From positions 1-55,291 of the forward strand of contig JBMFIF010000004.1 in the NCBI GenBank assembly GCA_049976445.1: a stretch of DNA of 55,291 bases, in the 5' to 3' direction. The stretch's first letter is position 1. Each line of letters begins with the position of its first letter. Shown one piece after another: positions 47,522-55,291 of the stretch. A model generated the notes under the pieces. The model did no database searches. It was not told where the DNA came from and saw only the letters and a program-made list of their open reading frames with translations. The position numbers and the translations under genes were made by a program. Source of the stretch: Thermoprotei archaeon. GTDB lineage: Archaea > Thermoproteota > Thermoprotei > Gearchaeales > WAQG01.

Positions 47522-48307
47522 TTAAATGTATTCTTTTATCTCTCGCCCTAAGATTAGTTTAATGTTTTCTCTTTTAGCCATCTCCTTCAGGAGATTTGAT
47601 GTATGCGGTTCGATGTTCGCTACTGCTAGGATTACCATATCTGCTCTCCGTTTATAAATTGATTCGATGGCTTCTTTCTTTTTTAAGAGTTTTTCAACCT
47701 CATTCTTAGCCTCGTTCTCATCCCTAATATATGTTGTGACCTCACCGACGATTAATGGATCCCTATTGAATATGTCAACTTCGATCTCTCTACCGTTGAT
47801 CATGAACTTTGTATTCACGCTAATATGAACCTTCTCCTCAGGATAACCCTCCCTCTCCAAATACTCCTCAAGAAACGCAGCCGTATAATGATCCAACGTC
47901 ATACCAACCGCCCTACCCAACTCCCTAAAATTCCTCCAAAGCTTATTCTGCCCCTCCCTCAATGCTTTTACCTCTTCCCATAATTTTTGTTGGCTTTCCC
48001 AGAGTTTATTTTGGTTCTCCCATAGTCTATTTTGTCCTTCTCTCAGGCTTTTCACTTCTTCCCATAGTTTGTTTTGTCCTTCTCTTAGTGCCTTAACTTC
48101 TTCCCATAGTTTGTTTTGTCCCTCCCTTAAGCTCTTAATCTCTTCCCATAGTCTATTTTGGTTTTCCCATAGTTTGTTTTGTCCTTCTGCTAGTGCGTCC
48201 AATTTTTTTAGTATTTCTGTGAGTCCTAGGTAGCCTGCTATGGCGTAGCGGAATTCTATGTCCTTCTCGAGTAGTTCTAGGATCTCTTTCTTCAAGCTCG
48301 ATACCAT
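47522..48307 (-). CDS. Heptad-repeat coiled-coil protein with a C-terminal restriction-endonuclease-like (PD-(D/E)xK-like) domain
   Basis: 12 consecutive heptads (GQNKLWE/NQNRLWE/EVKALRE...), then 'REIEVDIFNRDPLIVGEVTTYI...MVILAVANIE'. Resembles the crenarchaeal COG5493-type (DUF3782 plus DUF1626) families as I recall them. ATG at 48307. Confidence 0.7.
   Translation of the reverse strand: MVSSLKKEILELLEKDIEFRYAIAGYLGLTEILKKLDALAEGQNKLWENQNRLWEEIKSLREGQNKLWEEVKALREGQNKLWEEVKSLREGQNRLWENQNKLWESQQKLWEEVKALREGQNKLWRNFRELGRAVGMTLDHYTAAFLEEYLEREGYPEEKVHISVNTKFMINGREIEVDIFNRDPLIVGEVTTYIRDENEAKNEVEKLLKKKEAIESIYKRRADMVILAVANIEPHTSNLLKEMAKRENIKLILGREIKEYI
47933..48184 (-). repeat. Intragenic 21-bp periodic tandem repeat (12 units) encoding the heptads
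   Basis: On the plus strand the region shows repeated 'ttcccatag(t/c)tt(g/a)ttttg(t/g)cc(t/c)tc' units. The protein reads EGQNKLWENQNRLWEEIKSLREGQNKLWEEVKALREGQNKLWEEVKSLREGQNRLWENQNKLWESQQKLWEEVKALREGQNKLWR. Confidence 0.85.
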
Positions 48308-48357
48308 CACATAAATATTAGAATAAAACAATATATAAGCGCTACTATGTCCGATAC

Positions 48358-48418
48358 GAGACTGTCCACTTATTATGTGATAGTGATGTTGTGGTTGATA
48401 GCTTATCTGGACAGTCTC
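48358..48418 (-). mobile_element. MITE-C copy 3 (inverted orientation, best-preserved TIR)
   Basis: 'gagactgtccac...ctggacagtctc' gives an 11-bp perfect TIR 'gagactgtcca'. No TSD. Confidence 0.8.
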
Positions 48419-48551
48419 ATCATAGCAAAGAAAGAGTTATATTCTAACTAATGAGATCATCAATACATTATTAGTCTTCATCAGAGGTCTCCATTGTTCT
48501 GTGAAATGATTAGTCAAGATTTAAATATGGATTATTATTTAGATTAAATCA

Positions 48552-48986
48552 ATGGGATTCCTTAAGAATTTTGTTACGATGATAATCACGATCTTAAGTT
48601 TAATATTCTACCTTATAGCATTATACAGCTTGTTTTGGATTTGGAGTCGCTTAGGAGATACTACAAGTACTTCCTTTCTTACTGGTTTAGGCTTTGGGAT
48701 GGCAGCAGTGCTTATATGGGTCTTTGGAAGTCTTTCGGCATTTCTGCTAGTAATAGCATTTATGCTTAGTAGAGCTAAAGCTTTAAGGATAATTTCGGCA
48801 TTGTTTGGAGTTATTGGGCTTATCTTCACATTCGTAATAAGTGTTCAGTTATCAATTCATAAGATTGTGACTGACAGAGAGTCAGGAGTGATGATTACTG
48901 ATTATAGTAGTCTTATCTATTTTCTGGTAATGATGGGGTGGCCTTTTGCAATGTTGCTAATTCTGGCAGTATTTAAAAAGAAATGA
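48552..48986 (+). CDS. Small integral membrane protein (about 4 TM), unknown function
   Basis: 144 aa with four long hydrophobic stretches and no motif. Embedded between repeat elements. Confidence 0.5.
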   Translation: MGFLKNFVTMIITILSLIFYLIALYSLFWIWSRLGDTTSTSFLTGLGFGMAAVLIWVFGSLSAFLLVIAFMLSRAKALRIISALFGVIGLIFTFVISVQLSIHKIVTDRESGVMITDYSSLIYFLVMMGWPFAMLLILAVFKKK

Positions 48987-49053
48987 AAGCCTTGCCCTTT
49001 AAGATAAGAATGGGGCCATTTTGAGGAGATAGGTGGTAATCAGATTTTTATGA

Positions 49054-49275
49054 TATTGTTCCTTTTTTCATAGTTGTTCGTATTCATCGCGTAAGCTCGT
49101 ATTCATCAATGGTGCTGTTGGTCCTTTACACTTCACCTCTGAGGGAATGGTTATCTAGAGGACTAACTTCAACCATAAGATGAGGGGCTTTACTACAACA
49201 CAAAACCACAAGTCTCTATAAAAATTACCTATTCAAGAACTGTTAAACTCCTGTTCTTAAGGATGAGACTTTCAT
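49054..49275 (+). repeat. Repeat B copy 2
   Basis: Collinear with 41229-41478 and ending in 'gagactttcat'. MITE-A copy 5 starts 7 nt later. Confidence 0.55.
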
Positions 49276-49281
49276 TTATAC

Positions 49282-49410
49282 TGCTTTATTGCATAATTGT
49301 GTATTTTTATTGTATCTTGAAGAAATGTTACTTGATAAATAAGCTTAACAATGAAAAGATTTATCATTACTTTATGAAGAAAAAGAAATAAAAAATTATG
49401 CAGCAGAGCA
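49282..49410. mobile_element. MITE-A copy 5 (short variant with a divergent interior)
   Basis: TIR 'tgctttattgcataatt' ... 'aattatgcagcagagca'. 129 bp, with an interior unrelated to the long copies and no TSD. Confidence 0.65.
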
Positions 49411-49528
49411 AGTAAAGATATACTTTTTAAGTAGAAAAAGCTTTTGTCTCAATGTTTATTTTTAATTTAGATGTAGTTTTGATGGATGGTTTTTATGAGC
49501 TTTTCATATGATGCTATGATTTTCTTTG

Positions 49529-49589
49529 GAGACTGTTTAGATAAGCCATCAATTACAACAACACTATTACATACTAAGTGGACAGTCTC
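49529..49589 (+). mobile_element. MITE-C copy 4
   Basis: 'gagactgtttag...gtggacagtctc'. 8-bp TSD 'tttctttg' (49521-49528 and 49590-49597). Confidence 0.85.
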
Positions 49590-49651
49590 TTTCTTTGTAA
49601 GGAAGTATTTTTAAGTGGGTTTTTGATATAATTTTATTGTAGGGGCTGATC

Positions 49652-51544
49652 TTGGAGATAGAAAAATATTTTCCTTATTCATCGTTTAGGAAAGGGCAAA
49701 AGGAGATTGCGATTGCGGTGTACCAGACTATAGAGGAGAAGGGTCATTTGATAATTGAAGGTCCAAGTGGATTGGGTAAGACTGCTGCTGTTCTGGCTGG
49801 TGCTTTGTCTCATGTTATAGAAAATAATGTTAGACTTCTTTTTTTGGCTAGAACTCATCGTGAACTTGAAAGAATTATCGATGAATTAAGGTTGATAAGT
49901 ACTAAGGTTCCTGTGTCTGGTGTATCATTGAGAGGAAAGCTTGAAATGTGTGTGAATCTTCAAGTTATAGAGAGTAGTTTTGATCATCGTTCGCACATAG
50001 AACTTTGTAACTTAGCTGTAAAGAGTAGTAAGTGTGAATATTATAATCATACTTATGAAAAAGGTGTGGTGGATGATTTTGTTCGTAGGGCTGCTGAGTT
50101 TCCTGTAAAGGCTTCTGATGCTTATGAAATGGGTAGGTTTCAAAACGTGTGTCCATATGAGTTAATTAGAATTTTGTTGCCAAGTAGTAAAATTGTAGCG
50201 GTTAGTTATATGTATCTTGTGAACCCAATTGTGATAAAGAATTTTATAAAAAATTTGGGCCAAGATCTCAGTAATTTTGTTGTAATCATTGATGAAGCTC
50301 ACAATTTGCCGGATTTTGCATCATCTGTGTTGAGTGATGTTTTGTCGATCAGAAGTTTAAGGGAGGCTGTTAATGAGGCAGAACGATATAATCAGAGAGA
50401 ACTGAAAGAATACATACGATTTATCATTAATTTTCTTGAGAGTATAGGTAATAAAAATGATGAGGAATTGTTTAATACAAGGTTATTCATGGATGAAGTT
50501 TATGCAGAGTTTGGGCTTTCACTTAATGCTATAGCTGATCAATGCAGGATGTATGGTGAGGAGATTAAATATCAGTTATTAATTAGTGGAAAACATCCAA
50601 GATCGTACATACATCGTGTTGGGGAGTTTCTGTTAAGATTATATGATACTGTTGATCAAAAAAGTTATATTCATATTCTTAGTGGAAAAGCCGAAAAGAG
50701 AACAGTTGAGATTGTAGCATTAGATCCGAGGGAGGCTGTTGAGCATATTTTTAAAGAGGCGTTAGCCACGATAAGCATGTCAGGAACTATGAAACCTTTA
50801 GAAGCGTATACAAGTATAGTTGGTATACCTGAGAGTGTAAAATTTGTTGAGGTTCCATCACCATTTTCAGAAGAACAAGTATTAACTATTATAATAAAGG
50901 ATGTTACGACTAAATATGAATTACGCGAAACTGAAATGTATGAAAGAATGGCGAGATTGATTGCTCAGATTGCTATCAATACTCCTGGTAATACTGGTGT
51001 TTTTGCTGCTTCATATGAAGTCCAGCGAGGTCTTTTAGATGGAGGATTAAGAAATTTTCTTTCTAAACCGCTCTTTATAGAACTACAAGAAATGAGTTCT
51101 AAAGATAATGATAGGATGATACAAGAATTTAAAACGATGGGAGATAAGGGCGGAGCTATGCTGCTTAGTGTTCAGGGTGGCCGTAATTCAGAAGGAGAGG
51201 ATTATCCTGGTAGTCAAATGGATACTGTCATCGTAGTTGGAGTGCCTTTTGCTAAGCCAAGCATTAAGTTGAAAGCACAGATTGATTATTATGATGAATT
51301 ATTTCCAGGTAAGGGAAAATTGTTAGCATATCTTTATCCTGCAATAAGAAAGGCTGCTCAAGCTGCTGGGAGACCTTTTAGGTTACTTAGTGATAGAGGT
51401 GTGATCATACTCATGGATTCGAGATTTCTTTGGAAAGAAATTAGGGAAAATATGCCAAGCTGGATCATGAAAAATGCAAAAATAGTTAGTGCTTTATCTG
51501 AAAATAAGATAATTCACATGATTAGGTCATTTTATAAGGACTAA
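49652..51544 (+). CDS. xpd: XPD/Rad3-family Fe-S DNA helicase
   Basis: Walker A 'GPSGLGKT', 'DEAHNL', and four Cys in the Fe-S domain region (CVNL.., CNLAV, CEYY, CPYE). TTG start. Confidence 0.9.
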   Translation: MEIEKYFPYSSFRKGQKEIAIAVYQTIEEKGHLIIEGPSGLGKTAAVLAGALSHVIENNVRLLFLARTHRELERIIDELRLISTKVPVSGVSLRGKLEMCVNLQVIESSFDHRSHIELCNLAVKSSKCEYYNHTYEKGVVDDFVRRAAEFPVKASDAYEMGRFQNVCPYELIRILLPSSKIVAVSYMYLVNPIVIKNFIKNLGQDLSNFVVIIDEAHNLPDFASSVLSDVLSIRSLREAVNEAERYNQRELKEYIRFIINFLESIGNKNDEELFNTRLFMDEVYAEFGLSLNAIADQCRMYGEEIKYQLLISGKHPRSYIHRVGEFLLRLYDTVDQKSYIHILSGKAEKRTVEIVALDPREAVEHIFKEALATISMSGTMKPLEAYTSIVGIPESVKFVEVPSPFSEEQVLTIIIKDVTTKYELRETEMYERMARLIAQIAINTPGNTGVFAASYEVQRGLLDGGLRNFLSKPLFIELQEMSSKDNDRMIQEFKTMGDKGGAMLLSVQGGRNSEGEDYPGSQMDTVIVVGVPFAKPSIKLKAQIDYYDELFPGKGKLLAYLYPAIRKAAQAAGRPFRLLSDRGVIILMDSRFLWKEIRENMPSWIMKNAKIVSALSENKIIHMIRSFYKD

Positions 51545-51593
51545 CTTTAATCTATAAAATAATATAAGCGTGTTGTATCATTATTAGTATAGC

Positions 51594-52262
51594 ATGGTTG
51601 TGATAATTGCGGATAATAGGGAACGTAATAGTGGTGTTCCTGAAATACTCTCTAATATGGGTGTTGCTGTTGTGTTTAAACAATTAGACGTGGCTGATTA
51701 CATAATTTCTAATATAGTAGGAATAGAAAGAAAAAGTGCCTCTGATTTTATTTCCTCGATATTTGATGGAAGACTTTTTGATCAAGCTTCTCGACTATCT
51801 GATGCCTATGAGCGTGCGATTATAATTATCGAAGAGGAATTGGCAAAATTAGAAACTCTAGTAAGAAATCCTCAGATCATACGTGGTGCAATAATTTCAC
51901 TTATAATTAAACATGATGTCAATATAATTTTTTCAAAATCAATAGAGGAGACTGCAGAGCTTATTAAGTTAGCTGCTGAGCATGAGCAGAAAGCTGGAAA
52001 GAAGGTCGTGATTAAACACAAGCCCAAATTATCAACAATCAGAGATTGGCAGATAAATATAATTGGAAGCTTGCCAGGAATAGGCCCAAAATTAGCAGAA
52101 AAATTATTGTTGAGGTTCACCACTGTAAGATCAGTATTCCAAGCAAAATCTTCTGAATTAGAAGCAATATTAGGAGATGAGCGTACAAAGAAAATACTGG
52201 AGGTCATTGATGCACCGTATATGCGCGAATTAGAATCGAATAGAAAGCTTTTGGAATCATAA
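51594..52262 (+). CDS. xpf: XPF/ERCC4-type nuclease, short crenarchaeal form (nuclease plus HhH2)
   Basis: 'ADNRE', 'GIERKSASDF' (ERK motif), and C-terminal HhH 'LPGIGPKLAEKLL'. Confidence 0.88.
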   Translation: MVVIIADNRERNSGVPEILSNMGVAVVFKQLDVADYIISNIVGIERKSASDFISSIFDGRLFDQASRLSDAYERAIIIIEEELAKLETLVRNPQIIRGAIISLIIKHDVNIIFSKSIEETAELIKLAAEHEQKAGKKVVIKHKPKLSTIRDWQINIIGSLPGIGPKLAEKLLLRFTTVRSVFQAKSSELEAILGDERTKKILEVIDAPYMRELESNRKLLES

Positions 52263-52372
52263 TAGAAGATTTCGAGCAAAAACGTTATTAGGATTTTTAA
52301 AATAATTTTGTACTTAAATGTAGTAGAGAATAATTTATTATCTTGTTTTGTTAAAGTAGTGTGGTGTAATAG

Positions 52373-53734
52373 ATGCATCATACATTCAGAGAATTCATAA
52401 TAGAGAGCAGGAAAATGGGTGAAGTGATTGATATTAAAAATCATGTTTCAAGAGACTACGAGGCCGCTGCTATATTAAGAAAACTAGATGGTGGCCCAAT
52501 AGTATTTTTTCATAACCTAGATGGATATAAGGCAGTCGGTAATGTTGTAAGTACGCGAGAAAGGTTATACAGATCAATAGAAGTGGATGAAGAAAATTAT
52601 CATAAAAAATTAAGTAATGCTATGGATTCGCCAATTCCTCCTGAGGTTGTAGGAAAGCCAAATGAATTATCTCTAAGAAATATTACTCTTAAGGATTTAC
52701 CAGTACTGAAGCATTTTAAGGAGGATGTTGGATACTATATAACGTCTGGAATTGTTACTGCAAAAAGTGTAAAGCATGGATTCTTTAATTCATCAATACA
52801 CAGGTTTCTTATACTTGATGAGAAGCGAATGGCTATTAGAGTTGTTCCTAGACATCTTTATACTATGATTAATGAAGCCAAGGAGAAAAATCAAAGATTA
52901 CCCATATCAGTAGCTATTGGTGTTCATCCGGCTGTAATGATAGCAGCTGGTTCGTCTCCTCCTTATGGTGTAGATCATTTTGGCGTTGCTAATAAATTAT
53001 TAAATGGAATGTTGAAGGTGTTTGAATTACCTAATGGTTCCAGAGCACCAGTTGATTCTGAAATCGTTATTGAAGGTTATATAGATCCAATTGAGGTTGT
53101 TGATGAAGGACCTTTTACTGATCTTACTGGAACACCGGATATTGTTAGGAAGCAACCAGTTGTTTATGTAACATCTATTTACACAAAGAATGATCCATGG
53201 TATTATGCATTAGTGCCTAGTGGTCGTGACCATATGTTTTTCATGGGATTTTCGAAAGAAGCGCAAATTAAGAATTATATAGAAAAAATTGTGCCAAGTG
53301 TAAAGAAAGTGAGACTTACTGAGGGGGGATGTGGTTGGTTAATTTGTGTAGCATCAATAACTAAAATTCGTGAGGGTGATGGAAAAAATGTTTTAATGGC
53401 TTGTTTTGCTGCTCATCCATCATTAAAGATAGCTATAGTTGTTGATGAGGATATTGATCCTGATGATCCGAAACAAGTTGAATGGGCATTGGCTACACGT
53501 TTACAACCATCTACAGGAACTATAATAATTCCTTCAGTCACGGTTTCATCTTTAGATCCTTCAAGTAACCAGGGACAATCGATAGGTAGTAAATTAGGCC
53601 TAGATGTAACAAGAACATTATTAAAGCCCAAAGAGAAATTTATGAGGTCTACAATACCTATAAATGATGAATACATTAATAAATTAATAGGTGATGCTAT
53701 TGCATCTTACCAAAGAAGAGGAGAGCATACTTAA
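52373..53734 (+). CDS. UbiD-family decarboxylase (candidate anhydromevalonate-phosphate decarboxylase)
   Basis: 453 aa with a UbiD-like N-terminus ('FREFIIESRKMGEVIDIKNHVS') and 'EGPFTDLTG'. Adjacent to an aconitase-X large-subunit gene. Confidence 0.8.
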   Translation: MHHTFREFIIESRKMGEVIDIKNHVSRDYEAAAILRKLDGGPIVFFHNLDGYKAVGNVVSTRERLYRSIEVDEENYHKKLSNAMDSPIPPEVVGKPNELSLRNITLKDLPVLKHFKEDVGYYITSGIVTAKSVKHGFFNSSIHRFLILDEKRMAIRVVPRHLYTMINEAKEKNQRLPISVAIGVHPAVMIAAGSSPPYGVDHFGVANKLLNGMLKVFELPNGSRAPVDSEIVIEGYIDPIEVVDEGPFTDLTGTPDIVRKQPVVYVTSIYTKNDPWYYALVPSGRDHMFFMGFSKEAQIKNYIEKIVPSVKKVRLTEGGCGWLICVASITKIREGDGKNVLMACFAAHPSLKIAIVVDEDIDPDDPKQVEWALATRLQPSTGTIIIPSVTVSSLDPSSNQGQSIGSKLGLDVTRTLLKPKEKFMRSTIPINDEYINKLIGDAIASYQRRGEHT

Positions 53735-54869
53735 TGGTGAGAAAGGTGAAGGATTGCGTAAAATGATGAAATTAGTTGTTGGATTAGCAACTGTGTCAGG
53801 TGCTGAAAAATTAATTAAAATAGAGAGTGCTCATGTCTCAGGCATATCTTATGAGAATATTGGTGATGAAGGATTATCATTTCTAGAATGGCTTGTGAAA
53901 GAGAATGTTCACGTATCAGTTCCTACTACAATAAACCCAGGAGCGATCGATTTACAACAATGGAAAATCACCGGTATTAGTAAAGATTATTATGAGAAAC
54001 AAAAAAGAATAGTGGATGCATACATAAAATTGGGTGCAAAACCTACATTAAGTTGCACACCATATTTTTTGGATAATGTACCATCTCCTGGTTCTCATTT
54101 AGCTTGGGCTGAATCATCGGCAGTAATCTATGCAAATACGTTCCTTAATGTTTATACTAATAAAGAGAGCGGACTTTCAGCTCTTGCTGCAGCAATAATT
54201 GGTAAGACTGGATATTACGGCCTTCATTTAGACGAGAACCGAGAACCACAGGTTGTTGTCAAGGTTAAAGTTGATCTCTCTTCTTCACTTGATTTTGGTA
54301 TTTTGGGTTACAGGATAGGTGAATTGGTTGGTGATCGTATTCCCGCTATAATAGGAACAATTCCCAGGTCAATCTCTGATCAAAAACAATTTGCTGCTGG
54401 ACTCTCTGCATCAGGAACTGTAGGTATGGTTAGTTTTTCGAATAGAGTAATAGCAGCTGAGGATAAGATTGAGATTGATGAAAAAGAGTTGAGGAATGTC
54501 AGAACTAGGTTCATGTCATTAGATATTGATACTGTATATCTTGGTTGTCCGCATCTCTCACTTTCGGAATTAAGAGAATTAGCAGAATTATTAAATAAGA
54601 GAAGAGTGAGGAAAGGAAAATCATTGGTATTATACACATCGATTTCTGCTTATAAAATCGCTTATGAAGAAGGTCTTATAAGAGTTATAGAAAAAAGTGG
54701 AGCAAATGTCTTTGCTGGAGCTTGTCCTGTTTTTAATCCAAAAAGATCAGACGGTGTTATAGGTACTGATGCTATAAAGACGGCACATTATCTTAGCGCA
54801 TCAAAAGGTTCACGAATATATATCACAGAGAATATGTCTCTTATCGAAGCAGTAACTGAGATGATATAA
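53691..54869 (+). CDS. Aconitase X (DUF521) catalytic/large subunit (candidate phosphomevalonate dehydratase large subunit)
   Basis: 'LTKEEESILNGEKGEGLRKMM...IESAHVSG' is the typical AcnX N-terminus. 392 aa. The start overlaps the UbiD 3' end. Confidence 0.8.
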   Translation: MMLLHLTKEEESILNGEKGEGLRKMMKLVVGLATVSGAEKLIKIESAHVSGISYENIGDEGLSFLEWLVKENVHVSVPTTINPGAIDLQQWKITGISKDYYEKQKRIVDAYIKLGAKPTLSCTPYFLDNVPSPGSHLAWAESSAVIYANTFLNVYTNKESGLSALAAAIIGKTGYYGLHLDENREPQVVVKVKVDLSSSLDFGILGYRIGELVGDRIPAIIGTIPRSISDQKQFAAGLSASGTVGMVSFSNRVIAAEDKIEIDEKELRNVRTRFMSLDIDTVYLGCPHLSLSELRELAELLNKRRVRKGKSLVLYTSISAYKIAYEEGLIRVIEKSGANVFAGACPVFNPKRSDGVIGTDAIKTAHYLSASKGSRIYITENMSLIEAVTEMI

Positions 54870-54937
54870 AGAAAGACAAACTTCGACCTTCAGGGCGGAG
54901 TAAAACTTAAATACTCAAACGCACAACTCTTCTTAAG

Positions 54938-55291
54938 ATGACCTCCCCTGGTCAACTTCATAAGGATGAGGGGCGGGAGCCGACACTCACCCCCGCAATA
55001 CCAGGGGAAGGAGTCTACGAGGTAGAGTTTAAGAATATTAGGACAAACGTAGTCCGTCTCCTTCCAAACGGTTTTCAAGAAAGAAAACTCAAAAAACTAG
55101 GAAACACATCAGCAAAACTCTACAACGAAGCCAACTACGAGAGAAGACAACAATTCTTCAGCGGAAAAGTGGACCTCAAAACCACATGGAAAAAATACTA
55201 CCAGAAATACAAGGATGCACTAGGAGTTAACGCACAAGCTACACTACAAAAGAACAACGAAGCATGGCAATCATTCTTCACACTACTAAAA
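54938..55291 (+). mobile_element. tnpB: IS200/IS605-family tnpB (OrfB, IS1341-like), 5' part, truncated by the window end
   Basis: My own translation of an ORF that is open to the window end and absent from the ORF track: '...EVEFKNIRTNVVRLLPNGFQERKLKKLGNTSAKLYNEANYERRQQFFSGKVDLKTTWKKYYQKYKDALGVNAQATLQKNNEAWQSFFTLLK'. This is the characteristic TnpB N-terminus. The ATG at 54938 may be upstream of the true start. Confidence 0.8.

Noticed and set aside
226-49589. The repeated elements taken together as a CRISPR array
   Set aside because: The copies are dispersed over tens of kb, have TIRs and TSDs, are 61-200 bp long and are not regularly spaced with unique spacers. No cas genes are present.
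46879-49651. Integrated virus or plasmid at tRNA-Ser
   Set aside because: I could not find a duplicated copy of the tRNA 3' segment (att-like direct repeat) downstream, and there is no integrase gene. The region is better explained by serial MITE insertions.
51872-52444. 190-aa minus-strand ORF antisense to xpf and the ubiD start
   Set aside because: It lies opposite a motif-rich XPF gene (ERK motif, HhH2). Its composition is low-complexity (Ser/Ile/Phe-rich) with no motifs. This is a typical shadow ORF in AT-rich DNA.
54890-55078. 62-aa minus-strand ORF at the IS left end
   Set aside because: It lies antisense to the tnpB 5' region and IS left end, has no motifs, and its length is explained by the local GC-rich composition.

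Overview
This is a visibly AT-rich archaeal chromosomal segment. The gene content looks crenarchaeal: r-protein L13e, a Gins23-MCM operon, a short XPF with HhH2, a likely O-phosphoserine-sulfhydrylase-type cysteine synthase, and archaeal mevalonate-pathway genes. I cannot name the species. Most of the window is densely packed housekeeping genes, in this order:
- a feoC-like/feoA/feoB iron uptake operon;
- pcm, fixCX-like genes, a split LysO-like exporter and an M20 peptidase;
- a ThrC-like / GG-terminated ubiquitin-like / E1-like operon;
- proC and an r-protein cluster (L15e, L13e);
- a tRNA maturation neighbourhood (Trm11-like, RNase Z, ThpR, CCA enzyme);
- purB;
- a large replication supercluster: Hel308, MCM, Gins23, RFC-L, intein-containing RFC-S, and a divergent Orc1/Cdc6 with an overlapping small wHTH gene;
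- sufC and sufBD, a secreted beta-propeller protein and a saccharopine-dehydrogenase-like gene;
- a DsrE/TusA/cysteine-synthase sulfur module whose junction needs a frameshift;
- peroxiredoxin, an SDR, QueD, tRNA-Ser(GCU), XPD and XPF;
- a UbiD-type decarboxylase plus an aconitase-X large subunit (archaeal mevalonate route);
- the 5' part of an IS200/IS605-type tnpB running off the window end.

At least three small non-autonomous repeat families overlie this backbone:
- MITE-A, about 190-200 bp, with a 17-bp TIR and 8-bp TSDs;
- MITE-C, 61 bp, with an 11-bp TIR and 8-9-bp TSDs;
- repeat B, asymmetric, about 220-250 bp.

These pile up in a hotspot between tRNA-Ser and xpd (46970-49651). That hotspot also carries a heptad-repeat coiled-coil/nuclease-like gene and a small membrane protein. 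I found no CRISPR array, rRNA or recognisable multi-gene defence system.

The most unusual candidates are:
- two sulfur-carrier/PLP-enzyme modules;
- the MITE hotspot, with a gene bracketed by inverted MITE-C copies;
- a nucleotidyltransferase plus small-protein islet;
- an archaeal FeoC-like protein;
- the RFC-S intein.
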